Counted from the stretch's first letter, positions 1-10,446 are shown. The stretch: 64,000 bases of DNA from an uncultured Gammaproteobacteria bacterium (GCA_963746325.1 CAVVBC010000010.1:5493-69492), one strand, 5' to 3'. Program-made: numbers and translations. Notes: generated by a model from the letters alone, not told the origin.

Positions 1-54
1 GTCCTTCCTGTCCTTCCTAGTCACTTCCTGTCCTCTTCCTTGCTCACTTCCTAC
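1..54 (-). other. GGA-rich purine tract starting at the stop codon of the histidine-phosphatase gene. Possible CsrA/RsmA-binding 3' UTR or sRNA, truncated by the window edge.
   Basis: Minus strand 54->1 reads taGGAAGtgagcaAGGAAGAGGAcAGGAAGtgactAGGAAGGAcAGGAAGGAc, with 8 GGA motifs. It begins at the TAG stop (51-53) and runs off the window. Confidence 0.3.
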
Positions 55-725
55 GAGTGCGTGATCGCCTCGCTGCGATCGGCGCGCTCGAGGTGGGCAA
101 TCGAATTGAATGACACCAGCCGGGCGGGCTTGCCGGCAGGGCGGATCACTTCCGTCACGCTGGTATTGCGCGTCTGCAGGTTCAACTGGATGGCCGCGTC
201 GGCGCCGGCCCCGAGCACGTCCGCGGCATAGCGGCCAATCACGCCGCCCGACGTCACCACCAGCACGTTGTCGTCGCGCTCGAGGCCCGCGCACACCGCG
301 GCCAGGCCCGCTTCGATCCGCGCCCCGAACTGCAGCCAGGTCTCGCCGCCGGCGAGGGCGTCGTCGCGACGCGACCACTGCTGCAGGCCGCTGCGAATCG
401 CGGCGAAGTATTCGCGGCGGTCGCCGGACGCCCTGATCGCCTGCAGGCGCTCGCCCGCGAACTCCTGCAACAGCGACTGGTGGTCGTATTCGTTGAAGCG
501 CGCGTCCTGCGCGCTTGCGGCCGGCTCCCTGAGTTCGCGGACGATCAGTTGGCACGTGGCAACCTGCCGCACGAGCGTGCCGGAGACGATGCGCGCGAAG
601 CGCACGCCGCGTGCGGCGTAATGCTCGCCGAGCCAGGTTGATTGACGCTGGCCGAGCGCGGTGATCGAGTCGTAGTTGCCGGCGAAATCGGGCTGGCCGT
701 GGCGGACGAGGTGCAGATAGGGCAT
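51..725 (-). CDS. histidine phosphatase family protein (phosphoglycerate-mutase-like)
   Basis: 224-aa ORF with N-terminal LHLVRHGQ (RHG catalytic motif). The overall sequence is PGAM-like. Confidence 0.85.
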   Translation of the reverse strand: MPYLHLVRHGQPDFAGNYDSITALGQRQSTWLGEHYAARGVRFARIVSGTLVRQVATCQLIVRELREPAASAQDARFNEYDHQSLLQEFAGERLQAIRASGDRREYFAAIRSGLQQWSRRDDALAGGETWLQFGARIEAGLAAVCAGLERDDNVLVVTSGGVIGRYAADVLGAGADAAIQLNLQTRNTSVTEVIRPAGKPARLVSFNSIAHLERADRSEAITHS

Positions 726-799
726 AAGCCACCCAGTCTAAACCGACGCGCGACCGTTGCCGTGCGCCGAGGCCTAGCGCATCGAGGACCGGACCCGTC

Positions 800-1651
800 A
801 TGCCGACTGCTGCCGTCTCAGCCCCTTTCAGTCCTTCGGGCATCGTCACGCTCACGACCGACTTCGGCCTGGTCGATCCTTTTGTCGGCGTGCTCAAGGG
901 CCAGATCCTGCAGCGGTTTCGCGACGCCCGCATCGTGGACCTGACCCACGCCGTGACCGTGCATCGCCCGGCCGAGGCCGGGTTCTGGCTCGGGCGGTCG
1001 TTCGGCTACTTCCCGGCGGGCACCGTGCACGTGGCCGTGGTGGACCCCGGTGTCGGCGGGACGCGGTCCATCGCCGTCGTCGAAGCCGAAGGGCACCTGT
1101 TCCTGGCCCCCGACAACGGCCTGCTGTCCGGGGTGATCGACCGCCTGGCATCGCTGCCGGTGGTCCGCCTGCTCGACCTGGACCTGCTGCCCCGGCTGGG
1201 TCTCGGGCAGCCCAGCAGCACCTTCCATGGGCGCGACATCTTTGCGCCTGTCGCGGCGGAGGTGGCGTCCGGCAGGCTGTTCCCGGACCAGTTAGGGCCT
1301 GCGGGGGCGTCACTGGTGGCCGGTTCCTGGGCCGCGCCGCGGCGGGAGCCGGGGCAGGCAATGGGCGTCGTGATGACGATCGACCATTTCGGCAACCTGT
1401 TGACCAACCTGGACGCCACGCTGCTGGCGGACATCCCGGACCCCGTGGTCCGGGCGGCAGGTCGAGAAATACCCCTGCAGCGGACGTACAGCGACGTCCG
1501 GCCCGGGGAGTACCTTGCCCTGGTCAATTCGTTCGGGGTCCTGGAAATCGCCCGGGCTGAAATGAGCGCGGCCGCCGGGTTGGGCCTGGAGCTGGGCGCC
1601 CCGGTGGTGGTGCAGGGGCGGGGTCGTTGCAGCGCAACACGAAGCGGTTGA
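800..1651 (+). CDS. SAM hydroxide adenosyltransferase family protein (DUF62, chlorinase/fluorinase-like)
   Basis: 283-aa ORF with IVTLTTDFG, VDPGVGG and IDHFGN motifs. Confidence 0.8.
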   Translation: MPTAAVSAPFSPSGIVTLTTDFGLVDPFVGVLKGQILQRFRDARIVDLTHAVTVHRPAEAGFWLGRSFGYFPAGTVHVAVVDPGVGGTRSIAVVEAEGHLFLAPDNGLLSGVIDRLASLPVVRLLDLDLLPRLGLGQPSSTFHGRDIFAPVAAEVASGRLFPDQLGPAGASLVAGSWAAPRREPGQAMGVVMTIDHFGNLLTNLDATLLADIPDPVVRAAGREIPLQRTYSDVRPGEYLALVNSFGVLEIARAEMSAAAGLGLELGAPVVVQGRGRCSATRSG

Positions 1652-1745
1652 GATGCAAGGCGATCCGTGTATAGTTCGCAGCCTTGCGCCTGAGCCTTTG
1701 GTGGCAGCGCATTGATAAATCAGGAATTTCTCTCGGGGCCGCGCA

Positions 1746-1955
1746 ATGGAACGAGACGAGGAACACTTCGACTTGGACGAAGAGTTTGTAGCCGGGGCGG
1801 AGGAAGAAGACTACGACCGCTTCATCGACCGCGTTGACCGGCGGAAGCAGGCGGCTGCCGTAAAAAAGGGCAAGGCTGCGTGGAGCAAGCTCGAAGACGT
1901 GCTCGCCGAGAAGCGCCTGCAGAAAGAGCTCAAGGACTACTACGAAGACAAGTAG
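1746..1955 (+). CDS. small charged hypothetical protein (resembles PA3496-type small envelope-integrity proteins)
   Basis: 69-aa ORF with an acidic N-terminus and a basic/coiled C-terminus (LEDVLAEKRLQKELKDYYED). Codon bias is consistent with coding. Confidence 0.5.
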   Translation: MERDEEHFDLDEEFVAGAEEEDYDRFIDRVDRRKQAAAVKKGKAAWSKLEDVLAEKRLQKELKDYYEDK

Positions 1956-2028
1956 TCCGTCCCGTATCGCACGGGGAACGCAGCACAGCCAACGCCAAGC
2001 GAGCGTTGCACCGGGGCCCGCTCTAGAA

Positions 2029-4618
2029 ATGACCAGCCACAGCGAATCGAACTGGGTCGTCCTCAAGTTTGGCGGCACCAGCGTTTCGAGTGTCAGCAAC
2101 TGGAAGAACGTCGCGGGCGTCGTCAAGGCCCGGCTCGACGAAGGCCTCCAGCCGCTCATCGTGCATTCCGCGCTTTCCGGCATCACGGATCGCCTCGAGC
2201 AATTGCTCGCCACCGCGCTCACGGGTGAGTGGGGTCCGGTCATGGACCAGATCGAGCGACGGCACCTCGATCTCGCGCGCGACCTCGGGCTTGCACATCG
2301 AAGCCGACCTCGATCGCCATTTCACGGATCTGCGGCGCAGCGCCGAGGGCATCCACCTCATCGGCGAAGTCAGCGATCGCCTGCGCGCGCGCGTGATGGC
2401 CAACGGCGAACTGATGGCCACGCGCATCGGCGCAGCCTTCCTGCAGTCGGAAGGCATCGACGCGCAATGGCTCGACGCCCGCACGCTGCTGCACGCCGAA
2501 GAGCGCCAGGGTGCGACGCACCGCGCCAATTACCTGTCCGCCACCTGCAACTTCGAGCCCGATCCCGCCTTCCAGCAGCGGCTCGCGACCGGCGGCAAGG
2601 TGCTGATCACGCAGGGCTTCATCGCCAGCGACGCGCACGGCGACACGGTGCTGCTCGGGCGCGGCGGCTCCGATACGTCGGGCAGTTACTTCGCCGCCAA
2701 GCTGCGGGCGCGCCGGCTCGAGATCTGGACCGACGTCCCCGGCATGTTCACCTCGAATCCCAAGTCGGTGTCGAACGCCCGCCTGCTCAAGTCGCTCGAT
2801 TACGACGAGGCCCAGGAAATCGCGAGCAGCGGCGCGAAGGTGCTGCACCCGCGCTGCATCCTGCCCGTGAAGCAGTACGCGATCCCGCTCACCGTGCATG
2901 CGACGCAGTTGCCCGAACTCGCGGGCACCGTGGTCACCGCGACCGGCGGCGATGGCGGCGCCCGGGTGAAGGCGGTCTGCATCAAGAAGGGCATCACGCT
3001 GCTGTCGCTCGAGACACTCGGCATGTGGCACCAGGTCGGCTTCCTGGCTGACGCGTTTGCGGTGTTCAAGGATCATGGCCTGTCGGTCGACCTGGTCTCG
3101 ACCTCGGAGACCAGCGTCACCGTCTCGCTCGATCCGGCCGCGAACTCCCTCGACAGCCGCGCGCTCGAGGCGCTGGTGACCGCGCTGTCCGGGTTGTGCC
3201 GCGTCGAGGTGATCGGGCCCTGCGCCGCGGTCAGCCTGGTCGGCCGCAGCATTCGCGCCACGCTGCACCGGCTGGGCGATGCGCTCGAGCTGTTCGAAGA
3301 GCAGCGCATCTACCTCGTGTCGCAGGCCGCCAACGATCTCAACATCACGTTCGTGGTCGACGAGGAGCAGGGCGACCGCCTGGTGCGCCGGCTGCACGAC
3401 GTGATCGTCTGGAACGCGCCCTCCGATCACGTGCTCGGGCCCACGTGGGAGCAGATCCACGGCCTCGGCCCGGTGCTGCCGGCCGGCGGCCCGCCCTGGT
3501 GGCAGGACCGGCGCGACGAGTTGCAGCGCATCGCGCACGAGCACGGCAGCGCCTACGTCTACGACCGTGCGACCGTGGACCTGGCCGCGCGGCAACTGCT
3601 CGGCATCCGGGGCGTCGACCGTGTCTTCTACGCGATGAAGGCCAATCCGCATCCGGACCTGCTGCGGGTGTTCGCTGGGCTCGGTCTGTCGTTCGAATGC
3701 GTCTCGCGCGGCGAGTGCGAGCGGGTCATGCAGGTGGTGCCGGGCATCGACCCGTCGCGCATCCTGTTCACGCCGAATTTCGCGCCGCGCAGCGAGTACG
3801 AATGGGCCATCGCGCAGGGCGTCAACCTCACGATCGACAACGTCTACGCGTTGCGCGAGTGGGGCGAGCTGTTCCGCGGTCGCGACGTGCTGCTGCGCAT
3901 CGACACCGGCTTTGGTCGCGGTCATCACGATCACGTGCGGACGGCGGGCGTGCATTCGAAATTCGGCGTGCCGCTGTTCGAGCTCGATGAGGTCGAGCGG
4001 CTGGTGCAGCAGGTCGGCGCGCGCGTCGTGGCCCTGCACGCGCACACGGGCAGCGGCGTCTTCGACGTGCGCAACTGGAAGGAAGTCGGGCTCGTGCTCG
4101 GCAAGCTGGCGCAGCGGTTCCCGCACGTCCGGGCGATCGACCTCGGTGGTGGCCTCGGCGTGCCGGAAAAACCCGGCCAGGTGCCCGTGGACCTCGCGGC
4201 GCTGCAGGCCGTCATCGACGAGATCCACGCGCAGTCACCGCGGCTGCAGCTCTGGCTCGAGCCCGGCCGCTTCCTGGTGGCGCAGGCGGGCGTGCTCGTC
4301 GTCGAAGTGACCCAGCTCAAGGGCAAGGGCGCCGTGCAGTACGTCGGCGTCACCACCGGCATGAACTCGTTGATCCGGCCGGCGCTGTACGGCGCGCATC
4401 ACGACATCGTCAATCTCACGCGCTATGGCGAGCCGGGCACGGAGGTGTACAACGTGGTGGGTCCCATCTGCGAGTCGGCGGACTATCTTGGACACGAGCG
4501 CCTGCTGCCGGCGACCCGCGAGGGGGACGTGCTGTTGATCGCCAACGCGGGCGCCTATGGGCACGCGATGAGTTCGAGGTACAACCTGCGCGAACCGGCG
4601 CGCGAGATCGTCGTTTAA
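2029..4618 (+). pseudogene. lysA: bifunctional aspartate kinase / diaminopimelate decarboxylase (LysC-LysA fusion), one frameshift as given
   Basis: MTSHSESNWVVLKFGGTSV...DLARDLGL is in frame 1 from 2029. HIEADLDRHF... through YAMKANPHP and GGGLGV to the stop at 4618 is in frame 2. The +1 shift is near 2290. Confidence 0.85.
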
Positions 4619-4642
4619 GCGGGTGCAGGCGAGGGTGGCGAC

Positions 4643-5767
4643 GTGAGAGTGGCAATCGTTGGCTGGCGGGGCATGGTGGGCTCGGTGCTCATGGAGCGCA
4701 TGGCGGCCGAGCGTGACCTCGAGCGGGTGGAGCCGGTTTTCTTCAGCACGTCGCAGGCCGGCGGGGCCGGCCCGCTGGTCGGCGGCCGCATGACGGGGCC
4801 GTTGCAGGATGCCAGCGACGTGGCTGCACTGGCGCGCTGCGACGTGGTCGTGACCTGCCAGGGCGGGGATTACACCACCGACGTGCATCCGCGCCTGCGC
4901 GCCGCTGGCTGGGCCGGCTACTGGATCGACGCGGCCTCGACGCTGCGCATGAAGGATGACGCCGTCATCATCCTCGACCCGGTGAACCGCGGCGTGATCG
5001 ACCAGGCGCTCGGCGCCGGCATCCGCGATTACGTCGGCGGCAACTGCACGGTGTCGCTGATGATGATGGCGCTCGGCGGCCTGTTCCGCGCCAACCTCAT
5101 CGAATGGATCACGTCGATGACGTACCAGGCGGCTTCCGGCGCCGGGGCGCAGAACATGCGCGAACTCGTCGAGCAGATGGGCAGCGTGCACGGCGCGGCT
5201 GGCGCGCTGTTGCGCGATCCGGCGAGCGCGATCCTCGACATCGACCGCGTCGTGAGCGAGCGCCTGCGTTCGGCGGACCTGCCCCAGTCGAACTTCGGCG
5301 CCGCGCTCGCGGGCAGCCTCATCCCATGGATCGACAAGGACATGGGCAACGGCGTGAGCCGCGAGGAATGGAAGGGCGGCACGGAAACCAACAAGATCCT
5401 CGGGCGCAGCGAGGCCACCGCGATCCCCGTCGAGGGCATCTGTGTCCGGGTCGGCGCCATGCGCTGCCACAGCCAGGCGATGACCATCAAGCTCAAGCGC
5501 GACCTGCCGCTGGTCGAGATCGAGCGCCTGATCGCAGGCGGCAACGACTGGGTGCGCCTGGTGCCCAATACCCGCGAGGCTTCGATCGCTTCGCTCACGC
5601 CGGCGGCGGTCAGCGGCAAGCTCGACATTCCCATCGGCCGGCTGCGCAAGCTCGCCATCGGTGGCGACTACATCACGGCCTTCACGGTCGGCGACCAGTT
5701 GCTGTGGGGCGCGGCTGAACCCATCCGCCGCATGTTGCGCATTCTCGTCGAGCGCGGCCCGGCCTGA
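4643..5767 (+). CDS. asd: aspartate-semialdehyde dehydrogenase
   Basis: 374-aa ORF beginning [16 protein letters not shown], with the [10 protein letters not shown] active-site region. GTG start. Confidence 0.95.
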   Translation: MRVAIVGWRGMVGSVLMERMAAERDLERVEPVFFSTSQAGGAGPLVGGRMTGPLQDASDVAALARCDVVVTCQGGDYTTDVHPRLRAAGWAGYWIDAASTLRMKDDAVIILDPVNRGVIDQALGAGIRDYVGGNCTVSLMMMALGGLFRANLIEWITSMTYQAASGAGAQNMRELVEQMGSVHGAAGALLRDPASAILDIDRVVSERLRSADLPQSNFGAALAGSLIPWIDKDMGNGVSREEWKGGTETNKILGRSEATAIPVEGICVRVGAMRCHSQAMTIKLKRDLPLVEIERLIAGGNDWVRLVPNTREASIASLTPAAVSGKLDIPIGRLRKLAIGGDYITAFTVGDQLLWGAAEPIRRMLRILVERGPA

Positions 5768-5776
5768 GTCTGGCCC

Positions 5777-6145
5777 GTGACCCAGCAGCCCGCCCCGCCT
5801 TCACTCGAAGAACTCGCGGCCCGGCTGGCCGAGTTCGCGCGCGAGCGGGACTGGGACCAGTTCCATGCGCCGAAGAACCTGGCCATGGCCCTGGCGGGCG
5901 AAGTGGGCGAACTGCTCGAGCATTTCCAGTGGTTGAGCGAACAGCAGAGCGCGGACCTGCCGCCGGCCACCCGGGACGCGGTCGCACTCGAGCTCGCTGA
6001 CGTGCTGCTCTACCTGGTGCGGCTCGCCGACAAGCTGCAGATCGACCTGGGCGCGGCTGCGCTGCGCAAGATCGAGCTGAACGGCCTGAAGTATCCGGTG
6101 GACCGGTTTCACGGCAGTTCACGCAAGTACGACGAACCGTCCTGA
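5777..6145 (+). CDS. MazG-like nucleotide pyrophosphohydrolase
   Basis: 122-aa ORF with EVGELLEHFQW and ELADVLLYLVRLAD helices. Confidence 0.8.
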   Translation: MTQQPAPPSLEELAARLAEFARERDWDQFHAPKNLAMALAGEVGELLEHFQWLSEQQSADLPPATRDAVALELADVLLYLVRLADKLQIDLGAAALRKIELNGLKYPVDRFHGSSRKYDEPS

Positions 6146-6158
6146 AGGGAGTGCCGCG

Positions 6159-6863
6159 ATGGGCAAGGAAGAAGCGCCGGTCGGCCTCGTCAATCTTCAC
6201 GGCAAGCGGATCCTGATCACGCAGGCCAGTGCCTTCATGGGCCCGGCGCTGTGTGAGACTTTCACCGCGGCGGGTGCGGACGTCGTCGCGGATGATTCCG
6301 ACCTGCGTGACCCCGGCGCTCCGGCAGCGCTTGTTGCAGCCGCGGGACGCATCGACGTGCTGGTCGCCAACCTGGCCCTGCCGGCCCCCGCGACGCGGGT
6401 GCAGGAGGTGGACGACGCCGAGTGGTCGAACGTGTTCTCCCATCTCGTCGATCCGCTGCCCCGGCTGGTGCGCGCTGTGTTGCCACAGATGATCGAGCGC
6501 AAGTCGGGCAAGGTGCTGGTGCTGGGCAGCGCGTCGGCCCTGCGCGGCATGAAGCGCGCGTCGACCTACAGCGCAGCCCGCGGCGCGCAGCTGGCCTACG
6601 TCCAGGCCGTCGGGGTCGAAGTGGCGCCGCACAACGTGCAGGTCAACGCCATCGCGCAGAACTTCGTCGACAACCCGACCTATTTCCCGCCTGCCGTGCA
6701 GGCGCTGCCGGCGTTCCAGGAGCGGCTGCAGCGTGAAGTGCCGCTGGGGCGCCTGGTGGGCGCGCGCGAAGATGCGCTGTTCGCCGCGTATCTCTGCAGC
6801 AGTGCGGCCGACTGTTTCGTCGGCCAGGTGTTCCCGGTGTGCGGGGGCTGGGTCGGGCGTTAG
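6159..6863 (+). CDS. SDR family oxidoreductase (atypical YSAAR in place of YxxxK)
   Basis: 234-aa ORF with a Rossmann-like N-terminus, GSASALRG...STYSAARGA and a typical SDR C-terminus. Confidence 0.65.
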   Translation: MGKEEAPVGLVNLHGKRILITQASAFMGPALCETFTAAGADVVADDSDLRDPGAPAALVAAAGRIDVLVANLALPAPATRVQEVDDAEWSNVFSHLVDPLPRLVRAVLPQMIERKSGKVLVLGSASALRGMKRASTYSAARGAQLAYVQAVGVEVAPHNVQVNAIAQNFVDNPTYFPPAVQALPAFQERLQREVPLGRLVGAREDALFAAYLCSSAADCFVGQVFPVCGGWVGR

Positions 6864-6893
6864 GGACGCTCTGCACAGGTTGACGCGTTGGCT

Positions 6894-6916
6894 GCGCTCG
6901 ATCCGGTGCCTGTCAC
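6894..6916. repeat. orphan copy of the left arm of hairpin B (no loop, no partner nearby)
   Basis: gcgctcgatccggtgcctgtcac is identical to 7099-7121. Confidence 0.8.
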
Positions 6917-6993
6917 CGAGCACTCAAGGTCAGCCGCGCCGGTTTCCAATTCGGCACCGCGTGTCGAACACGCGAGGGCGACCAGTCGCTGGC

Positions 6994-7067
6994 GCGTCCG
7001 ACCCGGGACCGTTCCCCGAGCTTGGAAAGGCAGACACGCGCTCTGGGAACGGTCCCGGATCGGACGC
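6994..7067 (+). repeat. conserved-loop hairpin element, copy A
   Basis: Arms 6994-7016 / 7045-7067 pair at 23 bp with 1 mismatch. Loop 7017-7044 is cGAGCTTGGAAAGGCAGACACGCGCTCt. Confidence 0.9.
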
Positions 7068-7098
7068 TTGCGACATGCCAGCCTGCGACGCTGCCAGA

Positions 7099-7172
7099 GC
7101 GCTCGATCCGGTGCCTGTCACAGAGCGCGTGTCTGCCTTTCCAAGCTCGGTGACAGGCACCGGATCGAGCGC
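7099..7172 (-). repeat. conserved-loop hairpin element, copy B (inverted relative to A)
   Basis: Arms 7099-7121 / 7150-7172 pair 23/23. Loop 7122-7149 is the exact reverse complement of the copy A loop. Confidence 0.9.
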
Positions 7173-7292
7173 ACGCAAACGCGTCACTTGCGGACCTGGG
7201 CAGAGCTTCCATAGGGCGGGCGTCGCAGGCCTGCAACGCAATCCGCCCTCTGCCGCACGCAGGCGAGAGAGGGCGAACTGCAGTGGCGTGGC

Positions 7293-7712
7293 TCAGTCGT
7301 ACAACTCGGCCGGCACGTTGCCGCCGTTCTGCGCGATCTGCCGCAACACTTCCTTGTGCAGCCAGACGTTCATCTTGGCCGAGTCATGCATGAACTCCGC
7401 GGGACAGCCGAGTTCGGTGGCCAGTTCCTTGCGTTCGGTCAGGCTGCTGTCCATGCCCAGCAACTTCATCAGGTCGACGATGGACGTGCGCCAGTTGAGC
7501 TTCTGCGGCGTCTCGGCGGCCCAGCCTTCGAGCATCGCGACCACGTCGACCGCAGCCATCGGCTCCGGCTTCGGCGGCGGCGGCGGCGGAGGTGGCGGTA
7601 CGGGGGCGGCCGGTGCCGCTTGCGGCTGCACGGGCGGCGGCGGCGGAGGTGGCGGCGGGGCTGCTTTCTTCTTGAGCCCCAGCTTTTCGAGCATCGATCC
7701 GAATAGACTCAT
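7293..7712 (-). CDS. DUF3597 domain protein with poly-proline linker
   Basis: MSLFGSMLEKLGLKK, two PPPPPPPPP runs, then the C-terminal NWRTSIVDLMKLLGMDSSL...WLHKEVL domain. The start was chosen at the conserved MSLFG. Confidence 0.8.
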   Translation of the reverse strand: MSLFGSMLEKLGLKKKAAPPPPPPPPPVQPQAAPAAPVPPPPPPPPPKPEPMAAVDVVAMLEGWAAETPQKLNWRTSIVDLMKLLGMDSSLTERKELATELGCPAEFMHDSAKMNVWLHKEVLRQIAQNGGNVPAELYD

Positions 7713-7855
7713 GACGTGTCCTTTCTGGTTGGCCAAACGGCGGGCAGCGCGAGTGCACATGCGCTGCATGAGAGCTTAGAACAGGCGTGACTGAGTTCCT
7801 GCATGAATTTTAGAAGTCATGGACCGGCCCTGCCGCCGGTCAGTACGCCTGCACC

Positions 7856-9035
7856 ATGATCGCGTCGTTTAAATCGGGCTTGCCCCGCACCGTGGTGGTT
7901 CTCGGTGTCGTTTCGTTGCTGAACGACACTTCGAGCGAAATGATCACACCGCTGTTGCCGATCTTTCTCACCGCCACGCTCGGTGCGGGACCGGCCATCG
8001 TGGGCCTGGTCGAGGGACTCGCCGAGGCCACCTCGAGCGTGCTCAAGCTCGTCGCGGGCCGACTGGCCGATCGCGGGGTCGATCCGAAGTCGCTCGTCCT
8101 CGGCGGCTATGGCCTGTCCAATGCAACACGCCCGCTGCTCGGCCTCGCGACGGCCTGGAGTGCCGTGCTGCTGTTACGGTTCCTGGACCGGGTCGGGAAA
8201 GGATTGCGAACCGCGCCACGCGATGCGCTGATCGCTGGCGCCACGCCGGCCGCCGAGCGCGGTCGCGCGTTCGGCTTTCATCGGTCGATGGATCACGCCG
8301 GCGCCGTCATCGGTCCATTGATCGCCTTTGCACTGCTTGCGGCCCAGGTGCCGCTCGAGCACGTCTTTCTCGCGTCGGTCGTGCCCGGCACGCTGGTCCT
8401 GCTGCTGCTCGCCCTGGGTTTGCCGCGCGGACAGCCGTTCGTGGCGCCGCCGCGCGCTGCGTTTGCGTGGGGCTCGTTGCACGGCCGGTTGCGCGCCATG
8501 ATCGTCGCCGCCGGCTGGCTCGCCCTGGCGAGCGTGCCGGAGGTGTTCGTGGTGCTGTGGGCGACGAACGCAGGCCTGGACGTGCAGTGGGTGCCGCTGG
8601 TCTGGGCGGCTGCGAGCCTCGCCAAGATGCTGATCGCGATGCCGGCGGGCATCGTGTCGGACCGGCTCGGACGCGTCCCCGTCCTGCTGGGCGGCTGGAC
8701 GCTGCGAGTCATCGTGCTGCTCGCGCTGGCCGCGCTGGCCAGCGCCCGCGGCCTGGCAGGTGTGGCTGCTGTTCATCGCCTATTCCGCGACCCTTGCAGT
8801 CACCGAACCGGCCGAACGTTCGCTGATCGGCGACCACGCGGCGGCGCACGAGCGCGGCACTGCGTATGGCCTGTATCACCTGGCCAGCGGCTTGCTGGTG
8901 CTGCCAGGCGCCGTCCTGTTCGGCGCGATCTGGCAGTGGTTCGGTTCGAGTGCCGCCTTCGCCGTTGCGGCGCTGGTCACGGCCTGTGGCGCGGCGTGGA
9001 TGTCCTGGCTGGCGCGGGATTCCGCCCCGGCGTGA
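7856..9035 (+). pseudogene. MFS transporter, one frameshift as given
   Basis: The frame-2 ORF from 7856 (LLNDTSSEMITPLLPIFL, multi-TM) continues in frame 3 (QVWLLFIAYSATLAVTEPAERSLIGD...) to the stop at 9035. The shift is near 8755. Confidence 0.75.
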
Positions 9036-9040
9036 GCCGC

Positions 9041-9682
9041 TTAAACGCTGCCCGCGACGCGGGCGCCGTGCCGTGCGGCGAGTTCCTGCACGACCTGTTC
9101 CAGCGTGAGGCTGCGCGCCTTGAGCAGCACGAGCAGGTGGTAGAGCAGGTCGGCGCATTCGCCCACCAGTTCGCCATCGTCGCGCGTCACGGCGGCCAGC
9201 GCGGTTTCGACGCCTTCCTCGCCCACCTTCTGCGCGATGCGACCCACGCCGTCGGCGAAGAGGCGGGCGGTGTAGCTGCCCGTCGGGTTGTCCGCGATGC
9301 GCTGGGCGATCGTCGCCTGCAGGGTCGCGAGAAAAGCGATGGGCACGGCCGCGGGGTCGTGTGCTGCGGCAAAGCAGGTCGGCGTGCCGTTGTGGCAGGT
9401 CGGGCCGTCCGGATGCGCCAGTACCAGGATCGAGTCGTTGTCGCAGTCCGCACTGACGTGCGCGACCCGCAGGAAGTGGCCGGACGTCTCGCCCTTGGTC
9501 CACAGCTGGTTGCGACTGCGGCTGAAGAAGGTGACGCGGCCTTCGGCCAGCGTGCGCCGCAGTGCGGTTTCGTTCATGTACCCGAGCATCAGCACCCGCC
9601 CGTCCAGGGCGTGCTGCACGACGGCGGGCAGCAGCCCGTCACCCTTGGCCCATTCCAGGCGGGCAGGATTCAGCTCGGTCAT
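9041..9682 (-). CDS. hisIE: bifunctional phosphoribosyl-AMP cyclohydrolase / phosphoribosyl-ATP diphosphatase
   Basis: 213 aa. Carries [11 protein letters not shown] and HNGTPTCF (HisI part) plus [10 protein letters not shown] and [11 protein letters not shown] (HisE part). The ATGA overlaps the hisF stop. Confidence 0.95.
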   Translation of the reverse strand: MTELNPARLEWAKGDGLLPAVVQHALDGRVLMLGYMNETALRRTLAEGRVTFFSRSRNQLWTKGETSGHFLRVAHVSADCDNDSILVLAHPDGPTCHNGTPTCFAAAHDPAAVPIAFLATLQATIAQRIADNPTGSYTARLFADGVGRIAQKVGEEGVETALAAVTRDDGELVGECADLLYHLLVLLKARSLTLEQVVQELAARHGARVAGSV

Positions 9683-10446
9683 GGACGGATCTCCACGCGC
9701 TGCGCGCGCAGGTAGTGCTTGAGGTCGGGAATCGCGATCGCCCCGCTGTGGAAGACGCTGGCGGCGAGCGCGCCATCGACGCCGGTCGCCGTGAACACGG
9801 CGGCGAAATGCTCCGGCAGGCCGGCGCCGCCGGAGGCGATCAGTGGCACGCGACAGAGGGTGCGCACTGCCTGCAACTGGCGCAGGTCATAGCCCTGGCG
9901 CACGCCATCGCTCGCCATGCAGTTGAGGACGATCTCGCCGGCACCGCGCTCCTGCGCCTCGCGCACCCAGTCGAGCGTCCGACGGCGCGTGCTCTGGGCA
10001 CGATCCGGGTCGCCGGTGAACTGGTGCACTTCGAAACCGTCGGCCACGGTCTGGCTGTCGACGCCGACCACGACACACTGTGAACCGAAACGGCGGGCGA
10101 GTGCATCGATGAGGTCGGGATCCGCGAGTGCGGGCGAATTCACGGAGATCTTCTCGGCGCCGGAATTGAGCACTTCCTCCGCGTCGCGCACCGAGCGAAT
10201 GCCGCCGGCGACGCAGAACGGGATGTCGAGCACGCGTGCGACCCGCTCGATCCAGCCGCGGTCGACCGAGCGATTCTCGGGGCTGGCCGTGATGTCGTAG
10301 AAGACGAGTTCGTCCGCGCCTTCCGCGCAATAGCGCGCGGCGAGTTCGAGGATGTCGCCCACGACCTTGTGCTCGCGGAACCGGACACCCTTGACGACCT
10401 GGCCATCGCGGACGTCGAGGCAGGGAATTATGCGCTTGGCAAGAAT
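9679..10446 (-). CDS. hisF: imidazole glycerol phosphate synthase cyclase subunit
   Basis: (I)[20 protein letters not shown]... There is no in-frame ATG/GTG/TTG near the conserved N-terminus. The first plausible codon is ATT (10446-10444), preceded by GGAG. Confidence 0.85.
   Translation of the reverse strand: MLAKRIIPCLDVRDGQVVKGVRFREHKVVGDILELAARYCAEGADELVFYDITASPENRSVDRGWIERVARVLDIPFCVAGGIRSVRDAEEVLNSGAEKISVNSPALADPDLIDALARRFGSQCVVVGVDSQTVADGFEVHQFTGDPDRAQSTRRRTLDWVREAQERGAGEIVLNCMASDGVRQGYDLRQLQAVRTLCRVPLIASGGAGLPEHFAAVFTATGVDGALAASVFHSGAIAIPDLKHYLRAQRVEIRP

Noticed and set aside
1956-2028. Lysine riboswitch upstream of the aspartokinase fusion
   Set aside because: The intergenic region is only ~70 nt and lacks the L-box conserved elements. 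It holds only a small 6-bp hairpin.
1524-2243. 239-aa minus-strand ORF overlapping the small charged protein gene and the lysA 5' end
   Set aside because: No recognisable motifs. It overlaps two better-supported plus-strand genes and is a typical shadow ORF.
2240-4228. Long antisense ORFs, for example 2240-4228(-) 662 aa, 13904-16183(+) 759 aa, 32220-33992(-) 590 aa, 36139-38361(+) 740 aa, 41957-43360(-) 467 aa and 44318-45973(+) 551 aa
   Set aside because: Each lies opposite a gene with clear conserved motifs. Their translations are Arg/Ala/Gly/Pro-rich low-information sequence typical of stop-poor shadow frames in GC-rich DNA.
6888-7241. ORFs of ~100 aa spanning the hairpin islands (6888-7214, 6913-7236, 6930-7241, and similar ones at 34.5-35.0 kb, 44.0-44.5 kb, 61.3-61.8 kb), with recurring peptides such as LGKADTRS and RVSAFPSS
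   Set aside because: The recurring peptides are simply translations of the conserved repeat loop in both orientations. No start context or coding bias supports them.
7555-7665. GGC/GGT-rich simple repeat (ggcggcggcggcggaggtggcgg, twice)
   Set aside because: It encodes the two poly-proline runs of the DUF3597 protein on the minus strand. This is coding low complexity, not an independent repeat element.
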